From: Haloquadratum walsbyi C23
GTDB lineage: Archaea; Halobacteriota; Halobacteria; Halobacteriales; Haloferacaceae
Length of the DNA: 32,000 bases
Direction of reading: 5' to 3'
Assembly: GCF_000237865.1 (NCBI RefSeq)
Contig: NC_017459.1
Location: 1,530,001-1,562,000 of the forward strand
The stretch's first letter is position 1, and every line of letters begins with the position of its first letter. The notes under the pieces are model-generated. The model was not told the origin of the DNA. It ran no database searches and saw only the letters and a list, made by a program, of their open reading frames with translations. The translations under genes and the position numbers were made by a program. This document shows, in pieces, positions 1 through 8,651 of the stretch.

Positions 1-1
1 G

Positions 2-280
2 CGGTCTCCGGTAAACTATGTTTCGAACCTTGATGCTCCGATTTTCCTCATCCACGGCGTTAATGACCGACGCGTCCCCATCTCACAGGCTCGCATTTTC
101 AAAGAGGCTCTTGAGGACCGTGACCTCGAAGAAACCGATGACTATGAGTATAAAGAATTGGGTGAAGAGGGTCACGCTTCCTCAGACCAAGACCAGAAAC
201 TCCGGACATTTCAAGCACTTGCGGACTTCTTAGACCGTCGGGTCGGTACGAATCCAAAATCTATCGTCGCTGACGACTAA
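2..280 (+). CDS. 3' end of an S9-family (prolyl oligopeptidase / acylaminoacyl-peptidase-like) alpha/beta hydrolase; the 5' end lies outside the window
   Basis: Frame 2 is open from the window edge to TAA at 278-280. It is absent from the ORF track because it has no in-window start. The translation ...NLDAPIFLIHGVNDRRVPISQARIFKEALEDRDLEE...YKELGEEGHASSDQ...FQALADFLDRRV resembles the C-terminal catalytic Asp (HGxxDxxVP) and His (GH) segments of S9 peptidases. Confidence 0.7.
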   Translation, partial: RSPVNYVSNLDAPIFLIHGVNDRRVPISQARIFKEALEDRDLEETDDYEYKELGEEGHASSDQDQKLRTFQALADFLDRRVGTNPKSIVADD

Positions 281-569
281 TGACAATTGGTGGCGATTTT
301 ATGTACTTTATTCAGTGTGACCGATTGGGATACTGCGGAATCTTTGTTCGTTATCATACAGAATCAAGGAGAATACCTGCCGGTTTAGTAGTTCACAGAA
401 GAAGTAGATACTTGAGTAGACATGCATCAGTCAGAATAGTTCTCTCGCATCGAATGAGTGAATCAGTTCACCCAGAAGTTTGTTGAATCGCTACAGCCGC
501 AGGATTAATCCGACAACTCGGAGTCAGTCTATGCTACGAAAGCCACTCTGAGACTTGACAATCCGCAAC

Positions 570-1018
570 TTAAACTGACAGGCAGTTCCACATATCGGTA
601 GGAATCAGGCTGGGAACCGAGCGATTCCCTCCAGTCCGCCGATGGCGGCCTGTCCGCCCCAAGCAATGAGACAATAATCCGAACCAGTCAAGTGAACGGT
701 CGGTTCTGATACTGAATCGACGCAGATGCAAATGCAGTGCCCGACTGCTTGAACATAGCACAGAAATTAACTCCGAGTCCACAGAAGTCTGCCGGATTCT
801 CCGGCACAACCGACTCCGGGAATCCGAACACGATGGAGAATGGGAGTACCGAGGGCTGAGATGTGGCACTCCCAGCAGTCCCACCCTCCTCGCCACAGTC
901 CGTGAACCCCACACGGATTCTCACCGCACTGGAGTTCGGTGAGGCTGGAAACCTGAAATCTCCACCATTCACGCTCACGCTCACGATTCCTCCGCGTTTA
1001 CGCCGAGGAGAATGTCAA
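570..1018 (+). mobile_element. MITE-like, tnpB-less derivative of an IS200/IS605-family (IS1341-type) element, copy 1
   Basis: It aligns along its whole length with 19355-19788 on the same strand. The 5' third is near-identical (e.g. GAGCGATTCCC, GATGGCGGCCTGTCCGCCCCAAGCAAT, GTGAACGGTCGGTTC, GTGCCCGACTGCTTGAA) and the middle is diverged. It ends in the hairpin CCTCCGCG-ttta-CGCCGAGG (989-1008) followed by AATGTCAA, and similarity stops exactly there. The same end architecture occurs on the tnpB pseudogene element at 11842-11868. The frame from 716 reads IDADANAV...NIAQK ... ALPAVPP...EFGEAGNLKSPP...IPPRLRRGECQS with one internal stop, which resembles a haloarchaeal TnpB C-terminal tail. Confidence 0.6.
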
Positions 1019-1033
1019 TCATGTTTGACCTCC

Positions 1034-1056
1034 TCCCACCGCTTCAGGAGGTGGGA
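1034..1056 (+). repeat. Isolated IS200/IS605 right-end-like hairpin 16 nt downstream of MITE copy 1
   Basis: TCCCACC-gcttcagga-GGTGGGA forms a 7-bp stem. The sequence style (CCTCCCACC GCTTCA GG..GGGA) matches the terminal hairpins at 989-1008, 19759-19778 and 11850-11868. Confidence 0.35.
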
Positions 1057-1417
1057 TTCCGCTCGCTACGTGTCAGCGACCTGTGTGTATTTTGTGACTG
1101 TCATATAACCGTAGTTCCATCTGTTCCTGAAATGGAGATATTTACCCATATGTCGTTGCTGAGAGGCAGAACGTCCGGGTCATTGACGTGTCAGCACGCG
1201 TTCACGTGCCAGTGTATGTCTCAGTTCAAATAACATTGGCTATATTGCCAACAGCTGATCACCAACACATAAATATCTGGAGCTGCCCCCTTACCGGAGG
1301 TATCAAACAGCAAAGAGTGAGACACGATATTATCAGACATACGTCAGACATATTGCGGAAGATTAACACTGAATGCAGACAGATAGTTGTATATTGGTGA
1401 CTAAAGAGTGAGAAAGC

Positions 1418-1678
1418 ATGTGGTCTAATGAGCCACGGTCGTTGCCCGACTGGGTTGAACAAGGATATCAGATCCTGTCGGTTGAGATTGCAGACGCTGA
1501 TAGTGAGGAACTCGCTCGCGATCGCGCCGGTAGGGAACTCATTGCTCACAGAGAATTTACCGATGAGTTATCCGATGCAGAGTACGCAATTGAGCAATTA
1601 TTGAATTCAGGATGGCTCTACGAAGTCGATGGTAAACTTCGAGTCACGGATCCTGAGTTGGAACACGACGGCGGTTGA
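1418..1678 (+). CDS. Small acidic hypothetical protein (86 aa)
   Basis: ATG-initiated ORF with strongly acidic, halophile-typical composition (DADSEELARDRAGRELIAHREFTDELSDAEYAIEQLL...). No family was recognised. Confidence 0.5.
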   Translation: MWSNEPRSLPDWVEQGYQILSVEIADADSEELARDRAGRELIAHREFTDELSDAEYAIEQLLNSGWLYEVDGKLRVTDPELEHDGG

Positions 1679-2377
1679 ATTTTGAAAGGGACCTCAACGA
1701 AATAACCTCTTTATATAATCAAGAACCTGATAAGTTGCGCACATAGTGGTAGGTTTGACCTCATCGCACGGTTCAGTATGAACGTGATCAGTACAAGGGG
1801 CAAATAACTCATATTGACAGAATGCTCCTCTTTCGCCTCGTGAACCGCCTCGGAGTCAAGCCCCGAGGCTTCCCGTGGTTTAGTCGGACACTCCCACTCG
1901 ACCATCGGTAGAACTTGGCGTCGAAAGTATCGAACCGCCAGCCAATCCATTTAATATGAGCGGGACGTTTCCTCATGTGGGACAGATTGAGGCTGCTGAA
2001 GATCTCTATACCAATCTTGAGTTTGCTGGACCTCTTTCACCTGAGGAGATGCAATCGCGATTGATTGAGGAGAGTCTTTAGCGTCGTGCTGAGCACGTCA
2101 GAGAATTAGCGGTCAGGATTGAAGTTGCACGTCAAGAAATCTTAGCGGATAAACTGTCGGAGACATAGCGTACGGAGCGGATGCACCACGTTGCAACGAT
2201 GGATATAGAGTTTGATAAGGTATTTCCAGCAAGAGGGAACGTTTACCGAGCAAAAAGGCAGTGAGCTGACATTGATTGAGTTTGAGATCCTTGCTGCGGT
2301 TGAACGCGATCATGAAATCAAGATTGAGTCCGCGACCTATATAAATAGGCGAGTATATTGAGTAAATATATATTATC

Positions 2378-3202
2378 ATGACGAACTGTATCGTTGGGAA
2401 TCTTCAGGATCAAGCAACTGTTGAGGAACGCGTCGAGTCGGGAGCCGCTCCTGACTGGGTTACTGCCCACTGGAACACCTTCCGCGATGGGCTGCTTGGC
2501 GAGCGCAATGACGCGCCGTTTCCCTGTTTTTTCGGCGCTGAATCTGTTGCTAACGGTGATCCGCTGTACACTGCAGTCTCTTCAATGACTGAAAAGAATG
2601 CACTACTGAATCTGGGTCGAACGCTTCTTTCATATCTTGAAATATACCAAGACTACAGTGACCGTGCATCCCTGGTTGTATTTTTTAGGCCTCCTAATCA
2701 GGAACTCTCAGAGGGCGAGTATCACGAGGCATTGTGGCATATTCTCCAATTCCTGCATGTGCATGATACCAAACCGTGGCCCAAAGATATCCCGACTGAT
2801 CCAGACGATCCACACTGGGAGTTCTCCTTTGGCGGTGAACCGATGTTCCCAACCTGTCGAGCACCATTTTATGATACTCGGAAAAGCCGCTACTGCCCAA
2901 TTGGTCTTGAGATTACATTCCAACCACGAGCACTATTTGAGAATCTTGGAGTAACAGCTGACACTGATATGGGAGAACGCGCCAGAGAAACTATCCAAGA
3001 CCGCTTAGAGGATTATGACGGTGTCTGTCCGCACGCGGATCTTGGTGACTGGGGAGTCGAAGAGGACCGAGAATGGCCTCAATATATGTTCTCGTCAGAC
3101 GACAAGCAGGCACCCGATGAGTGCCCAATCAACATTACACGTGAGTATCCGAAATCGAACCGGCTGTTAGATGACGAAAATCTCCTGAGTCCACCGGCAT
3201 AG
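2378..3202 (+). CDS. YqcI/YcgG family protein (heme-dependent N-oxygenase-like family, PF08892-type)
   Basis: The 274-aa ORF contains APFPCFFG near the N-terminus and WEFSFGGEPMFPTCRAPFYDTRKSRYCPIGLEITFQPRALFE, which match the family's conserved blocks as I recall them. The composition is acidic. Confidence 0.8.
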   Translation: MTNCIVGNLQDQATVEERVESGAAPDWVTAHWNTFRDGLLGERNDAPFPCFFGAESVANGDPLYTAVSSMTEKNALLNLGRTLLSYLEIYQDYSDRASLVVFFRPPNQELSEGEYHEALWHILQFLHVHDTKPWPKDIPTDPDDPHWEFSFGGEPMFPTCRAPFYDTRKSRYCPIGLEITFQPRALFENLGVTADTDMGERARETIQDRLEDYDGVCPHADLGDWGVEEDREWPQYMFSSDDKQAPDECPINITREYPKSNRLLDDENLLSPPA

Positions 3203-3205
3203 TCA

Positions 3206-3757
3206 ATGTTATCCACACCCCCAGTGTTATTACTGGTTGATTTTCAACAAGGATTTGATCATTCCGAATGGGGAACTCGCAATAATCCTGACGCCGAAGC
3301 AAACGCTGCACGATTGCTCTCATTCTGGCGGGAACGTGATCGTCCGATTGTCCACATTCGACATAACTCGACTGAATCAGATTCCCCGCTTCAAAAGGGT
3401 CAACCAGGGTTCGATTACAAGGCTGCTCTTTCTCCGACGGGAGACGAACCAGAATTCATTAAACGAGTTAATGGTGCATTCATCGATACCGGGTTACAGC
3501 AGTGGCTGCATGAACAGAATTATGAAACGCTTGTCATTTGTGGCTTGACGACCGACCATTGTGTTTCAACAACGGCTAGAATGGCTGAAAACCGTGGGTT
3601 TGAGATCTATATCGTTGCAGATGCAACAGCAACGTTCGACCGAACACTGAATAGTGAACATTTTGATGCGCCTGTCGTCCATCGCACTGCTCTGGCACAC
3701 CTCAGCGATGAGTTCGCAACGATTATTCCAACCGAGCAGGCAAAGCACATAGACTGA
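3206..3757 (+). CDS. Isochorismatase-family cysteine hydrolase
   Basis: [10 protein letters not shown] at the N-terminus and [38 protein letters not shown] (catalytic Cys block). It starts 4 nt after the stop of the upstream gene, so the two are probably an operon. Confidence 0.88.
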   Translation: MLSTPPVLLLVDFQQGFDHSEWGTRNNPDAEANAARLLSFWRERDRPIVHIRHNSTESDSPLQKGQPGFDYKAALSPTGDEPEFIKRVNGAFIDTGLQQWLHEQNYETLVICGLTTDHCVSTTARMAENRGFEIYIVADATATFDRTLNSEHFDAPVVHRTALAHLSDEFATIIPTEQAKHID

Positions 3758-4314
3758 TTCTTTCACCCAGTAAATACCCATGTCAGGTACCCACTGCTAA
3801 AGGGCTGTCTCTTACCCATGAGTTCGTGGAGTCGTAACCGGACGTTTCAGACGCTCTCAGAGGTATTTTGAACTAAAAAAATCGAGGCGAGAAGCGATTC
3901 AGACAGTGATACCGGCTGTAGGGGTTACAGAACGCCGGTAATCAACTCCACTACAATTGTTCCAAAGAGATCCTGAAACTGTAGATACCGAGGATTTCAG
4001 TCGGGCTCGCCGATCCCGCTCAGCACATTCCTCTACTGTATAATACATATTATTTACACTTATTTATTGACATTAGGGAGTCAACCTGCTACAGTATTGT
4101 AGTTGATTCACAGTTGGCGGCTTCCTCCCACACGGCTAAGGCTGTGGTTTCCGCCTCGAAACTGTATAAATCACCGCTACTTCACATCAGGTATTGTATA
4201 CATGTATTTTCAAGCATTCTCAATATACCGACTCGTCGTTATTCACTCGCCATTTGTTGCAGCATCAGAAAGACTGCAGTCACATTGATGTTGTAGTCAT
4301 GTTTCATACAAAGT

Positions 4315-4971
4315 ATGGATATTGATCAGTTCACTACTGAGCATAGCTCAACTGAGACTGCCGAAATGTTTGAACTTGAGAACTCGTATACGCTTGATAT
4401 TGATATTACTGGGACTGTCATGGCAAAAGCTGGCTCGATGGTCGCTTACAAGGGGAACCTTTCATTCACTGGTCAGTCCTCAGCTGAAGGTGGGATCACG
4501 GGATTTCTTAAGGAAGCTGCGAGCGGCGAGGGCACACCGGTGATGACGGTTGAGGGAGATGGACAGCTATACCTTGCCGATCAGCAAAAAAAGGTTCAAT
4601 TGCTGAAACTCGATGCTGATGAGGCAATCACCGTTAATGGTGAAGATGTTCTTGCATTCGAGAATGATGTATCCTTCAAAATTGACACAATCGATAGCCT
4701 TGCAGGCTCACTCGCTGGTGGTCTCACCAATGTATATCTCCAGGGTCCCGGATATATCGCAATCACCACTCATGGTGATCCAATTGTGTTAGATCGCCCC
4801 GTTTCGACCGACCCAAGCGCGACGGTCGCCTGGGGTGGCACCGACCCATCTATTGAGGTGAATAAGAATCTATCTGATATGGTTGGTCAAGAGTCGGGTG
4901 AGCGGTTACAGATGGACTTTGACAGCTCTGATGGCTTCGTCGTTGTCCAACCATACGAAGAACTTGCATAG
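4315..4971 (+). CDS. AIM24 family protein (DUF124)
   Basis: 218 aa. The pattern ...VMAKAGSMVAYKGNLSFTGQ...GEGTPVMTVEGDGQLYLADQ...ITVNGEDVLAFENDVSFKID...GGLTNVYLQGPGYIAITTHGDPIVL is typical of the AIM24/TRAP-like beta-fold family. Confidence 0.82.
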   Translation: MDIDQFTTEHSSTETAEMFELENSYTLDIDITGTVMAKAGSMVAYKGNLSFTGQSSAEGGITGFLKEAASGEGTPVMTVEGDGQLYLADQQKKVQLLKLDADEAITVNGEDVLAFENDVSFKIDTIDSLAGSLAGGLTNVYLQGPGYIAITTHGDPIVLDRPVSTDPSATVAWGGTDPSIEVNKNLSDMVGQESGERLQMDFDSSDGFVVVQPYEELA

Positions 4972-5280
4972 ACCGGGTTGTCATCACCGGTATTCGTGAT
5001 AGTTTCAAACATGGCAGTCCTGTTTCAATACAACGCCTGGCTGAGCAATTCACGCACTATATACGAAAGCAATACTATGGCTCTTGATTATCACAGCTAT
5101 ATTATTGATGCAAATTCGAGGAGATAGAAGACTGCTGATTGTTCTGCTAGCAGCAGGTCATCGGTCGATACAATTCGAAACCTCAGACCGTGACGACGAT
5201 GTCACTATCAGATAACTGATATATCATCTCATGAAAATCACTTTCCTGCGAAGTTCAACCTGGAGACTGAATGGAGATAT

Positions 5281-6453
5281 GTGCGTGTGATTCAATCTGA
5301 TGCTCCGACACGCGTTGCGAAGGCTATCTTAGCCAATTTCGTCGTTTTTGTCGGCGTTGTCGTACTTGAGTGGTCAGTTGGTGCATTATTATTTGTCTAT
5401 TGGGTAGAGGCAGCCGTCGTTACGGTCCGAGGAGCAGTTCAAGGCTTATTTGCACAGCGTCAACCAGAGGATACTGCACTCACATCTCTCCCTGGGCAGT
5501 CGTGGGATGAAAAACGCGGTGGTGTCTCGTTTGGACCATTTCCACCGGTCTATCCCCGCAATATCCACGTTGTCCTCAGCGGACTCTTTGCGATGCTTAT
5601 TTTCTGGCCAATCGCTGGTTCCATTGTAGTTGTTGCTGTCGAGTCCAGTTCTGGGGGAATCCCCGTCGGGAGTCTTGCGCTCGCAGTGTTCGGTGTAATC
5701 GCCAGCCATGTCATCGGGATTGGCGAGTATTTTTGGACCACACAGTACGCCGATTGGTCCGTTCGGTCAGCAATGTCCGGAAGCTATGTGCTTGGTGTAT
5801 TTGTCCTCGGGATTGGTGGGCTCTACGCGCTCGACGCGATTGGGCAGACTGCGCCGGTGGGAATATTGATTGTTGCGACCACAGTCAAACTCCTTGTCGA
5901 TCTCTCTCGAGGTGCACTCGGATTCGGGTTAGGTAGTAGCCTGAGTCCCGCCGACTGGGCAGATGAATCAGTTGAACGGCAGGTGCCAGACGGCGACCCG
6001 ATTGCAGTGTTCGAAACAGACCGTCGAAGTCTCCTCATCAGAGCGCCGGGATTGACTCCGTTGATTCTGATAGCGCCACCGTATGCCATCCTCCCACTTT
6101 TCGCGGGGGTCATTGGGTTGTTCGTCAGTACCCAGGCTGGGGTCGTGACACTCAGCGCTGCGACCGCCTTGGTCGCTGGTGGTCGGGTCATCGGGGTTGA
6201 CGTAGAGCGTGGGCATTTGGAGTATCAGGTGTACCCGCATCAGATCGTCGCTTACGATACCCTGCTTGAGACGCCACAGTGGACAGTCCAACGGAAGACA
6301 ATCGAAAATATCGCTATTAACTCGAGTATATATGATCTAATCCGTCCAGGGGCACCAACTGTCATTATATCGACGTATGGGGACGACCGGCGACTCTATG
6401 CGCTTGCATGTCCCAGAGGTCTCGTCAATATAATGCGTGATGAGGACCGTTGA
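5281..6453 (+). CDS. Polytopic membrane protein with a DUF6498-like N-terminus and a probable PH-like soluble C-terminal domain
   Basis: 390-aa ORF with a GTG start (alternative GTG at 5287). The N-terminus ILANFVVFVGVVVLEWSVGALLFVYWVEAAVV resembles the DUF6498 signature. It has multiple hydrophobic helices and a C-terminal soluble segment (LEYQVYPHQIVAYDTLL...). Confidence 0.65.
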   Translation: MRVIQSDAPTRVAKAILANFVVFVGVVVLEWSVGALLFVYWVEAAVVTVRGAVQGLFAQRQPEDTALTSLPGQSWDEKRGGVSFGPFPPVYPRNIHVVLSGLFAMLIFWPIAGSIVVVAVESSSGGIPVGSLALAVFGVIASHVIGIGEYFWTTQYADWSVRSAMSGSYVLGVFVLGIGGLYALDAIGQTAPVGILIVATTVKLLVDLSRGALGFGLGSSLSPADWADESVERQVPDGDPIAVFETDRRSLLIRAPGLTPLILIAPPYAILPLFAGVIGLFVSTQAGVVTLSAATALVAGGRVIGVDVERGHLEYQVYPHQIVAYDTLLETPQWTVQRKTIENIAINSSIYDLIRPGAPTVIISTYGDDRRLYALACPRGLVNIMRDEDR

Positions 6454-7074
6454 GCGTCAGCGCTTGCCCACAACGACCGTCTCGGATCATCGAAATCGTC
6501 TGCGCGTCTGGTATCCGTCGTAAGGAATCATAAGTGAGTTTTCCAACTTTGGCGATTAATTCTGTGAGGCGATTCACTAAGTTATGGCATGATTCATGTA
6601 TATAAAAATGAATACTAGCATAAAGTGATAAATACGTCTAAACTATCAGCGGACATCAAAAAGACATTTTTAATTGATATTAGCTTATGTACATATTATC
6701 ACAGCTGTACTCTCATTATACTATCACCGGCTCGTATCGACTAAAAATCGATATCTGATACTCAAATATTTCTTAATATGTTATATGTATTTGACGACTT
6801 TTCACTTTACAACGTTTGGATTGACCCGAGATAACAAACTGACAAAAAAAATAAATTATGTAGCAGAGAAACTCGTTGCAAACGGTGGTTAATATTCAGG
6901 TGCTATAGTTGATGCACAGGTTGTTTACGCCGACTGCCCCGAGGTGAGTTCATGAGAGTCTATCTCGGTGATTTATACGCTAATACAGACTCATGTTACC
7001 ACCTCATGTTTTCTACTCACTCAATATGCACTCATGCAACTTGAGCAGGATGAGAACACCACTTCTTATATTTA

Positions 7075-8651
7075 ACAGCTGTATGTCTTTACCCCGATGA
7101 TTCAACTGCCGGCACGGTTTGAGCCCGTGGAATCATCTCATTATCTTGGGAGACCCGCTTGAATTCGCCATAAGGATTGCGTCCCTGCTGGCGACATGGC
7201 GCCAGCAGGGACAGCAACGTTTCGTGAACGAACATCCCGCGGTCATTGCGGAGAGTTCCGATGATTTTCCGGAGAACTACGGGCTCACGGAGGGCGTTTT
7301 CAGCTGAATTATTCGTTGGAGAGACCGCTGGCTCACCAATGAAGGTGAGCCAGTGGTCGAGACCCCCTTCGATCTTCCCGAGTAGTGTTGCCACTGGTCC
7401 GTCAGGGACTGACCGTTCTATCAGCGATTCAAGCTCTCTCCGCGCCACAAGTTGGAGTTCTGCTCGCTCACGGACTGTCAAGTCGCTCTCCAGCCGGGTC
7501 TGGAGAGCGACGTACAGCTGCTTGAGGGCACGGTAGATTGGTTCGCCTTCCACCTGTTTGTCGGCGGCATCTTCAGCCTCCCGTAAAATATGCGCCCAAC
7601 ACCGCTGGAGGTTGCTGCTGAAAGCCGGATACGCCGTCCACCCATCACAGACGACCGTTCCCGCGAAGTCCTCGCCGAGGACTTCCGCGGGAACATCACT
7701 TCCTCGACTCTCTCTGACTGCGTACAGCGTGTGTTCCTCGGTGGTGAACGTCCAGATCCATGCCTGTTCGCCGTCGCGTTTGATTCCAGTCTCGTCAACG
7801 TGGACAACGCCGGCTTGCTGGATCTGACGGCGAATCTGTTCGTATTCACAGCGACCGGCGCGCGCAGCGCGCTCGGTCGAGTGCCATGCGGACGCGCCTG
7901 ACAGTTCCAGTCCGTGGAGTTGTTCGAAGCGATCGCCGATCTTCCGGTAGGGAAGGCGGTGATCGTACCGAGAGAGCGCCGCCTGTGCAATGACATTCAC
8001 CCCGAACTGCCCCTCATCGGGGCAGTCGGGATGTGAGGCGACAGTTTCGGCACCACAAGAGTGACACTCGTAGTGGTGGCGGTTGTACTGTGTGACCTCT
8101 GGCGGCTGTGGATCCGGGAGTTCCTCGACGAGTCGGGGGCTGACGCCCGCCGACTCGTCGAACACTTCACCACAGTCTGGACAGCAGTCACAGGTAACCT
8201 CGATTTCTCGATCAGGGTCAGGAGCGTCGCGCCATTCCGGATCATGTCCGGACTTTCGACCAGGGGTGCCACCGTCAGTACGTGGTTGTTCGTCGTCCTC
8301 GTCCACACCGGACGAGGACGACTCCTCCTGGTCCGATTGGTCTTTGCTCGGTGGTGTATGTGGTCCCTCGTACCACCGAAGCTTGGCTCTGAGACGCTTG
8401 TTCTCTTTCCGGAGTTGCTGATTTGCTTGCTTGAGCTCTTTATTCTCCTGCTCAAGTTCATCAATGCGATTTTCGAGATGAGTGATCCGCTCAAGCAGTT
8501 GCTCCACCTTCTTATCAGTGACCATCACAATACACCTCAACCAGTGCAGACGACACAGGACGGTCTCCGGTAATGGCTTAGAGAACTTTTGAAAACTAAG
8601 ACGTAGCAAGAAAATAACAGACTAAGACAGCTGTGCACCAAGTGCACAGCG
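7075..8651 (-). mobile_element. IS66-family (ISH10-like) insertion sequence, apparently intact
   Basis: A single transposase ORF is flanked by imperfect inverted ends built on the palindrome ACAGCTGT: left ACAGCTGTATGTCTTTACC at 7075, and a right end at 8616-8634 whose reverse complement reads ACAGCTGTCTTAGTCTGTT. A 10-nt direct repeat ATTTAACAGC lies at 7070-7079 and 8652-8661. The exact ends are uncertain by about 20 nt on the right side. Confidence 0.75.
7089..8525 (-). CDS. IS66-family transposase (ISH10-type)
   Basis: N-terminal leucine-zipper coiled coil (VEQLLERITHLENRIDELEQENKELKQANQQLRKENKRLRAKL). Zn-finger block CDCCPDCG...YECHSCG. DDE domain blocks VVHVDETG...WIWTF, VVCDGWTAYP and QRCWAHILRE. 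The start is placed at MVTDKK (8525); the 28-codon upstream extension to 8609 looks spurious. Confidence 0.9.
   Translation of the reverse strand: MVTDKKVEQLLERITHLENRIDELEQENKELKQANQQLRKENKRLRAKLRWYEGPHTPPSKDQSDQEESSSSGVDEDDEQPRTDGGTPGRKSGHDPEWRDAPDPDREIEVTCDCCPDCGEVFDESAGVSPRLVEELPDPQPPEVTQYNRHHYECHSCGAETVASHPDCPDEGQFGVNVIAQAALSRYDHRLPYRKIGDRFEQLHGLELSGASAWHSTERAARAGRCEYEQIRRQIQQAGVVHVDETGIKRDGEQAWIWTFTTEEHTLYAVRESRGSDVPAEVLGEDFAGTVVCDGWTAYPAFSSNLQRCWAHILREAEDAADKQVEGEPIYRALKQLYVALQTRLESDLTVRERAELQLVARRELESLIERSVPDGPVATLLGKIEGGLDHWLTFIGEPAVSPTNNSAENALREPVVLRKIIGTLRNDRGMFVHETLLSLLAPCRQQGRNPYGEFKRVSQDNEMIPRAQTVPAVESSG

Noticed and set aside
570-1108. ORFs overlapping MITE copy 1 (570-914 minus, 688-984 minus, 863-1108 plus), and the 133-aa ORF 19393-19794 across copy 2
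   Set aside because: They are Arg/Cys/Pro/Ser-rich and basic, unlike the acidic proteome of every credible gene here. The two copies do not conserve a common intact frame. They are better explained as a structured non-coding element derived from a tnpB tail.
6674-6892. 72-aa ORF in very AT-rich DNA; also 18952-19233 (93 aa) and 29187-29405 (72 aa)
   Set aside because: The Ile/Leu/Tyr/Phe-rich compositions are driven by AT-rich sequence. They are not halophile-like and contain no motifs.
8526-8609. N-terminal extensions of long ORFs: transposase (to 8609), cupin (to 20974), chelatase (to 23596) and the RHH protein (from 13460)
   Set aside because: The extensions are hydrophobic or AT-rich and non-acidic, and they run into IS ends or neighbouring promoters. 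Internal Met codons give proteins that begin at the conserved family N-termini.
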